Source: Candidatus Tenebribacter burtonii (GTDB lineage: Bacteria > Cloacimonadota > Cloacimonadia > Cloacimonadales > TCS61). Taken from it: DNA of 64,000 nt. Under the pieces are notes generated by a model that was given only the letters and a program-made list of their open reading frames with translations, was not told where the DNA came from and searched no databases. Position numbers and translations under genes: made by a program. Positions 51,601 through 58,412 of this stretch are shown one piece after another; the first letter of the stretch is position 1; every line of letters begins with the position of its first letter. The stretch lies in contig JAVCCF010000023.1 of the NCBI GenBank assembly GCA_030765625.1, positions 526 through 64,525 on the forward strand. Reading direction: 5' to 3'.

Positions 51601-52180
51601 CGAAAATGGAGAAATAAGTTTTTGGAAGAAAGTATCATCTGAAGTAAATTATGATTATTTAAAATTCTTTATTGATGGGATTTTACAGGAACAATGGTCT
51701 GGTGAGGTTGATTGGAGTGAATCAAGTTATGCTGTAAATCCAGGTCTTCATTCATTCAAATGGGAATATGTTAAAGACGGTGGAGTTACAGGCAGAGATG
51801 ATTGTGCATGGATAGATTATATTATTTTCCCGATAGTTGCAGAAGAAGTAGCAATTGATGAAGAGTTCTTACTAAATGCTACTAAGCTATATGGCAACTA
51901 TCCCAATCCGTTTAATCCTGAAACAACAATCAGTTTTTCATTAAACACCGTAAACACCGAGGACACCGAAATAAGTATCTTTAACATCAAAGGTCAGAAA
52001 GTAAAAACCATAGATTGTCATACTGAGCCTGTCGAAGTAGACAATGGCTCAAATATTTATTCTGTCACCTGGAATGGGAAAAACCAAAATAATCAACCTG
52101 TTGCATCAGGAATATATTTCTATCAATTGAATATAAATAATAAATTTATTGCATCGAAGAAGTGTTTGTTGTTGAAGTAA
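48692..52180 (+). CDS. gingipain-like peptidase C25 family protein with N-terminal prodomain, Ig-like/CARDB-like and MAM-like domains, and a T9SS sorting domain
   Basis: Prodomain-like N-terminus (GEPVLPYISVSLLL), LLAGDVEHIPYRGF, a candidate dyad of His450 (HHVGHANAEY, nt 50039-50041) and Cys487 (YTHGCICGSYD, nt 50150-50152), a MAM-like segment (DFESGDF...WIDYIIFP) and a C-terminal NYPNPFNPETTISF...SGIYFYQL...KKCLLLK. Confidence 0.8.
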   Translation: MKKTFIVLFIISAICLNASIIEKTYHFGNYKISEMEGFQTIEFKDAQQQAKTGEPVLPYISVSLLLSPGEIAESIEMIGSNKKLISGTYQLYPKQQVKPVSMPGSSEIIKNNIIYNSSDVYPKKQNGELVTQFLHGYSIALTTFTPVMYIPVTGTLSYFEDVKIIIHTKPDIKAQNAMNNLLSNEAVNSRINRISQNPEMISYYPIVNSREGEYQLLIITPSQFEDDFDEIREVYLQQGMISEVKTTEDIYSSITGQDQPEKIRNYIIQEYQNHEIEYVLLAGDVEHIPYRGFYCTVNSGGGYEDNNIPSDLYYSALDGNWNDDGDNNWGEIGEDDLLPEVAVARFSFSSTIDLNNMLNKTISYQTQPVLGELRDPLMLGEYLSGNPLTWGADYLDMLIGFHDDNGYETTGIPEDHDITTLYDRDVGTWSSSQLITEINEGHSFIHHVGHANAEYTMRLNNPDITNSNFNLVNGVDHNYTFVYTHGCICGSYDHNDCIGERMINIENFLVAFVGNSRYGWFNEGQTEGPSAHIHREFADALYTDKYHRIGRAHMESKTATAPWVTAPGQWEEGALRWCFYDCNVLGGSALPIWTDEPIELVTNFPPIIIQGQISLPVEIQNNGNPVENIQCTLLQNGEFIGTATTNFSGDAIITFDPNSIIIGDIELYISGYNRPTEMHQLQVIPNGYFVDVSDYSVLSGNDNVIEFGENALLSLTLEEVGNVGDIHNVVVEISSTDEYIIINDYEENVGIIPSGGIIDLVNAFDFDIDNNIPDEHLIEINIVITADEGEWYTNIGLIGYNAVLEMNSVEVIDGDNNVLDPGDTAEIIIEIHNSGGADMYNLITSISSSNPDIIITNLPVLLDSLNADGLETIVVCSIEVSEDAQIGDVIDFSLEITADSEFSFFENFELIVGILIEDFESGDFTEFCWQHGGDAEWTIDDEVYEGNFSAKTGNIGNNSYTSLSEDLTVYENGEISFWKKVSSEVNYDYLKFFIDGILQEQWSGEVDWSESSYAVNPGLHSFKWEYVKDGGVTGRDDCAWIDYIIFPIVAEEVAIDEEFLLNATKLYGNYPNPFNPETTISFSLNTVNTEDTEISIFNIKGQKVKTIDCHTEPVEVDNGSNIYSVTWNGKNQNNQPVASGIYFYQLNINNKFIASKKCLLLK
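51953..52040 (+). repeat. 88-nt block identical to 55146-55233 inside the sorting-domain coding region
   Basis: Hand alignment shows perfect identity over 88 nt, then 3 mismatches in the next ~37 nt. The adjacent sorting-domain sequence is clearly more diverged. Confidence 0.85.
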
Positions 52181-52213
52181 CTCAAACATCCTGTTTGAAA
52201 AATCTTATGAAAA

Positions 52214-52235
52214 TTCCCAAGCAGAAGCTTAGGAA
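52214..52235 (+). other. intergenic hairpin, copy A (TTCCCAAGC-AGAA-GCTTAGGAA)
   Basis: 9 stem positions with one C/A mismatch and an AGAA loop. It is paralogous to 52341-52362. Confidence 0.5.
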
Positions 52236-52340
52236 GTAGTATGCGTTCATTCTTGAATTTGTTTGTTGTTAAATTAGTGATAGCTCATTGAGTTGTCCTA
52301 AGTTATATGTTTTGAAGCAGGAGCTTCAAGTATCTTTTCC

Positions 52341-52362
52341 TTCCCAAGTAGAAACTTAGGAA
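52341..52362 (+). other. intergenic hairpin, copy B (TTCCCAAGT-AGAA-ACTTAGGAA)
   Basis: Same structure as copy A. The loop-closing pair changes from C-G to T-A, a compensatory double change. Confidence 0.5.
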
Positions 52363-52394
52363 GGAGAGTAAATTTAACAAAAACGGAGCTAATT

Positions 52395-55373
52395 ATGAAA
52401 AAGATCCTATTAATTACATTTCTAATTTTGATTTACAGTCTTTCTTTTGCACAAGTTCAATGGCAGGAGAATGGTATTCCCGTAAGGCAGGGAGAAAATA
52501 TTGAATGGAATAAAATTTCTGTAACTTGTGACGATGAAACTTTTGTGTCGATTTGGACGGATACACGAAATGGAATTCGGGGAGTATATGCTCAAAAAAT
52601 TGATGAAAACGGGAATTTGTTATGGGGAGACAATGGAATAGAAATTTATAATCCAGATCGGATCCAATCTTATCCTCAAGCAATTTCATCTAACAATAAT
52701 TCTGTAATTATTTGTTGGCAAGACCATGATGCTATAGAAATCTATTCTTCACAAATCCGTGTTCAGAAAATTGATGCAAACGGTAATCTGCTTTGGGGAG
52801 AAGAAGGTATTTTACTGGATGAAAGTGGAATAAATGGTTGGGAAGCACAGATGGTAAACCACAATGATGGTGGAATTTATATTCTTTGGAAAACGCAAGC
52901 AAACGTCAAGGGCGTAAGGTTATTAGATGATGGTTCTATTGCAGATGGTTGGGAGCAAGGAATAGATTTACCTGCCTATTCTCTTGATGTTCATTCTGAT
53001 GGTTTAAATGGAATTATTGTAGCATCTTCTTTATATGATGATATTTACTTGCAGAGAATTGACGAAAACGGAAATAAACTTTGGGGATATTATGGAACTT
53101 TGCTTTATAACGGAGATGAATATATTCGAGAGATTAAAGTTTGTTCAAGTATAACAGATGAATATTACATTTCTTGGAGAAGTGAAGCACAAGGTGGTTG
53201 GGAACAAATTTGTATGCAAAAAGCAGATTCTACTGGAAATTCCATTTGGGATTCACCGATCATTATTTCAGAAACAAATTATATAAATAGATTTATGACA
53301 GTTTGTCCATCAGATTCACAGCCGATAATATCATGGATAATTGGTAATGCAATATTTTCTCAAAAGATAGACTCAGACGGTAATTTTCTATGGGGAGAAG
53401 ATGGAATTACTGTATTTGAATCCAATTATGACTTAAATAGTAATTCTGTAATTTTAAAAGAAGATTTTGCTAATGGTTGTTTAATAAGTTGGGTGGATTA
53501 TGATAATAGCTATGATGAAAGTAGAATAATTGTCCAAAAAATTAACGAAGATGGTGATCTTATTTTTGAAGAAGATGGATTAATTATATTTGAATCTTTT
53601 GAATTTAATTACTACGATTTATATTCATCCTTAGCAACATCTACTCAAAAGTATTACTTATGCTGGTCAGATAAAGTAAATGATAATACATCATTATTTC
53701 ATCAAATAATAGATGCAGAGGGAAATATCTATCTAGAAGGAAATGGAGAGGAATTGCTCACAGGTCTCTCAGGTTCTGTTGGTGATCTCAAAATTCTTGC
53801 AAATGCTGATAATCCCATAATGATTTGGACTGAGGGACATAACAATAATAATTACCAAATTTTTCTTCAGATCTTAAATGGTGATGGCTCTAATGTTTTT
53901 GCAGAAAATGGAATTCCAATTACTACCGATGCTAATTATTATCTATATGATTTTGAAACAGTTTATTGTGAGAATTCAGCAACTATAGCTCTCGTTTGGT
54001 CTGAGAATAGAATAGGATATAAGCAGATTTTTGCTCAAGGAATAGACACCGAGGGTAATTTATTATGGGCGGATAGTACAGGAATTTGTCTAACTTCAGC
54101 AGATCATCAATCAAAAGTGCCGAAGATATCTGTAATAGATAATTCCGGAACTGACGAATATTATTTTGGTTGGGAAAATTGGTTTGATTTTATGAATTCT
54201 GAAATATATGGTCAGAAAATAATTGATGGTGAAAAACAATGGGGAGAAAATGGTATTTTAATTTCTGGTGAATCTGAAAACAATGATATCTTTGATGTAA
54301 TTGATAAATTCTATATTTGGAGATCAAATAATTACCCTAATTCAGGGTTAAAAGTAAAATTAATAGATGAAGATGGGAATGGTGCTTTAGGCTGGGCGGA
54401 AGATGGTTTACTGATTTCTACTAGTGCATACAACCAAAATAATTTTAAATTTAAGCTTATTCCTTCCGGATTATTTATTCTCTGGTTTGATAATGATGAA
54501 GATATCATTTATGGACAGATAGTTGATTATGAAGGGGATTTGCTCTGGCAGGAAGGTGGAATTCCTTTGATCGAAGGAGAATATCTTGATTATTTCAATG
54601 TTCATTATAATGATGCAATATATATAGTATGGAATGAATACGTTGATGGAAATTATTTCAATTATTATATTCAAAAGTTTAATGAAAATGGTGATACTCT
54701 TTGGCAAGAAGATGGAATTAGGCTTTCCTATTGGACTCAATTTGGTGTAAGCGATCCTGTACTTGCATCCGTAGAACAGGATGTTTTAATAATATGGGAG
54801 CATTATTTTATAAATGAAACTATAAACATAATAGCTCAACTTGTAAGCCCTGATGGAGAACTTCAATATGGTTTATCTGGGATAACAATTTGTGATCAAA
54901 TAATGGAGCAGAACTATCCGCAGGTTTATGTTAATGACTCAAGTGCCTATATTGCTTGGCAAGATGGAAGGTCAACTGCAATGGGTGAAGAAGGCTTATA
55001 CTCAATCCCCGGAATTTATGCTCAAAAATTGTATTTAGAACCAACTTTCGCTGACAATGGATTGTTGGAATCAACTGAGATATTCTCTAACTATCCCAAT
55101 CCATTCAATCCAAGTACAACTATTTCTTTTCAATTAAACACCGATAACACCGAGGACACCGAAATAAGTATCTTTAACATCAAAGGTCAGAAAGTAAAAA
55201 CCATAGATTGTCATACTGAGCCTGTCGAAGTAGGCAATGGCTTAAATATTTATTCTGTCACTTGGAACGGTACCGACAATAATGAACAACCAGTTGCATC
55301 AGGAATATATTTCTATCAATTGAATATTGATAATAAAGTTATTGCTTCTAAGAAGTGTTTGTTGTTGAAGTAA
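52395..55373 (+). CDS. T9SS-sorted protein built from ~15 tandem ~58-aa repeats (beta-propeller-like)
   Basis: Signal peptide. The motif [YF]xQK[IL]DxxGNxLWGxxGI recurs about 15 times (YAQKIDENGNLLWGDNGI, RVQKIDANGNLLWGEEGI, FSQKIDSDGNFLWGEDGI ...). The C-terminal sorting domain is nearly identical to that of the C25 gene. Confidence 0.75.
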   Translation: MKKILLITFLILIYSLSFAQVQWQENGIPVRQGENIEWNKISVTCDDETFVSIWTDTRNGIRGVYAQKIDENGNLLWGDNGIEIYNPDRIQSYPQAISSNNNSVIICWQDHDAIEIYSSQIRVQKIDANGNLLWGEEGILLDESGINGWEAQMVNHNDGGIYILWKTQANVKGVRLLDDGSIADGWEQGIDLPAYSLDVHSDGLNGIIVASSLYDDIYLQRIDENGNKLWGYYGTLLYNGDEYIREIKVCSSITDEYYISWRSEAQGGWEQICMQKADSTGNSIWDSPIIISETNYINRFMTVCPSDSQPIISWIIGNAIFSQKIDSDGNFLWGEDGITVFESNYDLNSNSVILKEDFANGCLISWVDYDNSYDESRIIVQKINEDGDLIFEEDGLIIFESFEFNYYDLYSSLATSTQKYYLCWSDKVNDNTSLFHQIIDAEGNIYLEGNGEELLTGLSGSVGDLKILANADNPIMIWTEGHNNNNYQIFLQILNGDGSNVFAENGIPITTDANYYLYDFETVYCENSATIALVWSENRIGYKQIFAQGIDTEGNLLWADSTGICLTSADHQSKVPKISVIDNSGTDEYYFGWENWFDFMNSEIYGQKIIDGEKQWGENGILISGESENNDIFDVIDKFYIWRSNNYPNSGLKVKLIDEDGNGALGWAEDGLLISTSAYNQNNFKFKLIPSGLFILWFDNDEDIIYGQIVDYEGDLLWQEGGIPLIEGEYLDYFNVHYNDAIYIVWNEYVDGNYFNYYIQKFNENGDTLWQEDGIRLSYWTQFGVSDPVLASVEQDVLIIWEHYFINETINIIAQLVSPDGELQYGLSGITICDQIMEQNYPQVYVNDSSAYIAWQDGRSTAMGEEGLYSIPGIYAQKLYLEPTFADNGLLESTEIFSNYPNPFNPSTTISFQLNTDNTEDTEISIFNIKGQKVKTIDCHTEPVEVGNGLNIYSVTWNGTDNNEQPVASGIYFYQLNIDNKVIASKKCLLLK
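55146..55233 (+). repeat. 88-nt block identical to 51953-52040
   Basis: See 51953-52040. Confidence 0.85.
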
Positions 55374-55388
55374 AAGCGTTACATTTAT

Positions 55389-55426
55389 CTTGCGAAGGTT
55401 TTGTGATTGGCTTTCGCAAGGCTTTT
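55389..55426. terminator. terminator hairpin between convergent genes
   Basis: A 10-bp stem, cttgcgaagg (55389-55398) / ctttcgcaag (55411-55420), with one G-U pair and a 12-nt loop, followed by gcTTTT. Confidence 0.6.
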
Positions 55427-56399
55427 AAATTATCGTTGCTTTTATTCTATTCAATAATCGCTTGTATAGATCATCTTCTGATTCCCAATCAATTATATTT
55501 CTATGGTTAACATCAAAGTGGACACTTTGTAGTTCATCTTGCTTGCACATATGTATAACTGGAATGTTCAACCCATTGGCAAAACCAGCTTCATAATACA
55601 CACCACCACGATTTCCTGTAAAATCAGCAACAACAAATCTACTGCTTCTAATTTCCGCGATAATTTCATCATTAATATCATTGTTGTGTTCTTTATTATC
55701 AATTCTTATAGGTTCATATCCAGCCTTTACGATTGCTGGAAAAATAAAGTCATCACAAATTTTTTTCATACCATCTTCAAACCACATTGCCACAAATACT
55801 TTCTTGCTGTTTGGATTTGTATATTTTAATGTTTCAATATGTGCCCAACCCTTAGGTGTAATTATTAGTGGATTAACTGATAAATATTTCTTCTCTTGGA
55901 TTAGATAATTATTTAATATATAATTAAATTCATTTCGAGTGAGTATTCTTCCAATTGAGAGGAGTGGAAGTACTTTCTTTGCAGTATTTTCAAATACGTT
56001 GAATGCATGTTTGTCCTCAACACTAGGGAAAGTTTGATTTCTTATTTGGTTTAATAATTCATTGACTTTATTGAAATTGTAGTCAATTGGATCTCCAGCA
56101 ATTGGAAATTTAACTGATAAATATTTCAAAAGCAAGTCTACTTTTGTTAGCATTGGAACAGAAGGTTGATTTTGTATATTATTGATGATATCAGTTGTAA
56201 TCTTTGGGTTGTCGTTGTCTCTTATCCATCCAGAAATATTTGCAATTTCAATGGGACTTAAATCATTTAACTGTATTCCTGTTATATCTGGAAAAACGAA
56301 TTCTCCACACCTTAGACAATTATAATAGGAAGTACTGGATCTTGCTTCGCGTTCTTGTTCTGCTGGTGATCCACATATTGGACAAACTTCGTATTTCAT
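55425..56399 (-). CDS. zinc-ribbon protein with a C-terminal nucleoside 2-deoxyribosyltransferase-like / TIR-like Rossmannoid domain
   Basis: N-terminal CPICGS...CLRCGE (a CxxC pair). The C-terminal ~125 aa read KVFVAMWF...RIDNKEHNNDINDEIIAEIRSSRFVVADFTGNRGGVYYEAGFANGLNIPVIHMC. AGGAGG RBS. Confidence 0.5.
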   Translation of the reverse strand: MKYEVCPICGSPAEQEREARSSTSYYNCLRCGEFVFPDITGIQLNDLSPIEIANISGWIRDNDNPKITTDIINNIQNQPSVPMLTKVDLLLKYLSVKFPIAGDPIDYNFNKVNELLNQIRNQTFPSVEDKHAFNVFENTAKKVLPLLSIGRILTRNEFNYILNNYLIQEKKYLSVNPLIITPKGWAHIETLKYTNPNSKKVFVAMWFEDGMKKICDDFIFPAIVKAGYEPIRIDNKEHNNDINDEIIAEIRSSRFVVADFTGNRGGVYYEAGFANGLNIPVIHMCKQDELQSVHFDVNHRNIIDWESEDDLYKRLLNRIKATII

Positions 56400-56408
56400 T
56401 CTTTCCTC

Positions 56409-56888
56409 CTATCCCAAATCTTTAACCGTAATCACTTTCTTCTTTTCATTCAACCAGGCATGTTTCACTTCACCCACAAAAATTGTGTGATCTCCGCTTT
56501 TTACCTGCGTAACCACTTGACATTCGAAAGTTGCTTTTGCATCTTGAATTATGGGATATTTAGCCAGTCTGCCGGCAAACCATTCATGTCCTGCTACTTC
56601 CAGTTTATCCAAATCCCTACCGGATTTTGAACCCCAGAGTTTAACTGCTTCTATCATTTCTTTCGATGGAAAACAAAGATTAAAAAAACGGTTCTGCTGG
56701 AGGCATTCATAAGAATAACGGGTGTGTCCGATAGAAATAGCAAACATGGGTGGTTTGATGGATGTCTTCATATACCATTCCAAAGTTATCGGATTGAATT
56801 TACCATTTTTATCTTTAACGATTGCCACCACAACTTTGGCAGGATGTTTGGTTTCTGCATATGCTTCAGAAAATTCGACTCTTTTCAT
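56409..56888 (-). CDS. flavin reductase-like (FMN-binding split-barrel) protein
   Basis: 159 aa with the flavin_reduct-type pattern (KVVVAIVKD...NPITLEWYM...PPMFAISIG...GDHTIFVGEV). Confidence 0.8.
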   Translation of the reverse strand: MKRVEFSEAYAETKHPAKVVVAIVKDKNGKFNPITLEWYMKTSIKPPMFAISIGHTRYSYECLQQNRFFNLCFPSKEMIEAVKLWGSKSGRDLDKLEVAGHEWFAGRLAKYPIIQDAKATFECQVVTQVKSGDHTIFVGEVKHAWLNEKKKVITVKDLG

Positions 56889-56982
56889 AAAATCTCCAAT
56901 TGCATCTTAATAAAACTATTTCTTAAAACAGAATAGATAATGTAAATAAAAAAATATCACTAAATGTAACTATAAAATTATA

Positions 56983-57011
56983 TTGACTTAGGGAAAGGGC
57001 AATTTAATTTG
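56983..57011 (+). promoter_or_regulatory. promoter-like element, TTGACT-N17-AATTTG
   Basis: TTGACT at 56983-56988, a 17-nt spacer and AATTTG at 57006-57011, 26 nt upstream of the 57037 ATG. Same architecture as 6276-6304. Confidence 0.25.
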
Positions 57012-57036
57012 CCAAAAATTGTTTAAGGAGTTATAA

Positions 57037-58329
57037 ATGAAGAAAATAGCAATACTTTTAATTGTTTTAAGTATGATGATAATAGCATGTGGAAAAAAGG
57101 AAATTGCAAATAGTGAAGTCACCGAGATCCTGTTCTGGCAGGCGATGGGAGGACCTTTGGGTGATGCATTGGAAGAACTTGTCCAAAAGTTTAACGATAC
57201 TCATCTTGATATTCATGTGAATTCAGTAAATATGGGGAACTACACCGCTCTCTCACAAAAACTGATGGCTTCTTTCCAAACAGGAAATCAACCAGATGTT
57301 GCTCAAGCTTATGAAGCTTGGATCGCTAATATGCTGGAAGGAGATGTAATTGTTCCAATTGAGGAATTCATAGATAATGATCCTGATTTTGGAGATGAGG
57401 ATATGGCTGACATCTATCCGGTTTTCATTAACAGCAATACTATGAAAGGCAAAATAGTTTCATTCCCTTTTAATAAAAGTGTGAGAGTTCAATATTATAA
57501 TAAAGATATTTTATTTAAAAACGATATGGATGAAAATAAACCACCAAAAACATGGGAAGAATTCAGAACTTATTGCCAGAAGCTTACACAGGATACAGAT
57601 GGTGATGGCAAGATAGATCAATATGGGACAACTATTAAAATCAGTGCTTGGCAATTCGAGAATTTGCTTTTACAAGCTGGCGGGAAAATCATGAATGAGG
57701 ATAATACAAAACCAATGTTCAACAGTAAAGAAGGTGTACAGGCTTTGGAATTCTTTACCAATATTTTAAATAAAGATGAAACCGGTTATCTATCACCGGG
57801 TTATGATGGGCAAAAAGACTTTACAGCACAAAAGGTAGCTTTTTATGAAGACTCAAGTGTTTCAATGGCTTTTATGCTGAGAACAGGAATTAACTTTAAT
57901 ATGGGAATTTCTGCTATTCCAATAAAGAAAACTAAAAAGAATATCATCAGCGGAACAAATGTAGTTATTTTTAAAAATAATGAAGATAAGAAAAAAGAAC
58001 AGGCCGCCTGGGAATTTGTAAAATGGTTCACGGATACAGAACAGACAGCAAGATGGAGTGAATTGACATATTATATGCCGGTTCGTAAAAGTGCAATGAA
58101 AGTTGAAGCTTTGAAAAATAGAATTTCAAATAATCCTGAAATTGCTTCCGTTTACGACCAATTAAATTATGCAACGTTCGAACCTCAAATAAGTGAGTGG
58201 TTTGAAACTCGTAAGTATTTAGAAGAGCATGTTATTGAGAAGGTGGTGAGAGGAATGTTATCTCCAGAACAAGCACTTGATAACGCTGCTGAAATGATTA
58301 AAAAGAAAATAGCAAAAAGAGAAAATTAA
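57037..58329 (+). CDS. ABC transporter extracellular solute-binding lipoprotein (family 1, sugar type)
   Basis: Lipobox IIACG and a family-1 SBP pattern (FWQAMGG, PDVAQAY, NKDILF, GGKIMNED). No permease or ATPase genes are adjacent. Confidence 0.8.
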   Translation: MKKIAILLIVLSMMIIACGKKEIANSEVTEILFWQAMGGPLGDALEELVQKFNDTHLDIHVNSVNMGNYTALSQKLMASFQTGNQPDVAQAYEAWIANMLEGDVIVPIEEFIDNDPDFGDEDMADIYPVFINSNTMKGKIVSFPFNKSVRVQYYNKDILFKNDMDENKPPKTWEEFRTYCQKLTQDTDGDGKIDQYGTTIKISAWQFENLLLQAGGKIMNEDNTKPMFNSKEGVQALEFFTNILNKDETGYLSPGYDGQKDFTAQKVAFYEDSSVSMAFMLRTGINFNMGISAIPIKKTKKNIISGTNVVIFKNNEDKKKEQAAWEFVKWFTDTEQTARWSELTYYMPVRKSAMKVEALKNRISNNPEIASVYDQLNYATFEPQISEWFETRKYLEEHVIEKVVRGMLSPEQALDNAAEMIKKKIAKREN

Positions 58330-58412
58330 ACTCGTAGTGGCAGTTTTTCAAACTGTTAAAAATAAGCAGATTAATAGTCTATTAATACGAATTGATATTT
58401 AAGGAGCAAAAA

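Noticed and set aside
48692-52180. C25-family protein considered as the T9SS sortase PorU
   Set aside because: The size (~1160 aa) is similar. However, the candidate His/Cys dyad lies at ~450/487, directly after a ~200-aa prodomain, as in gingipain-type cargo proteases. The protein also carries MAM-like and Ig-like cargo-style domains. This cannot be decided without an HMM comparison, so I called it only as a C25 peptidase.
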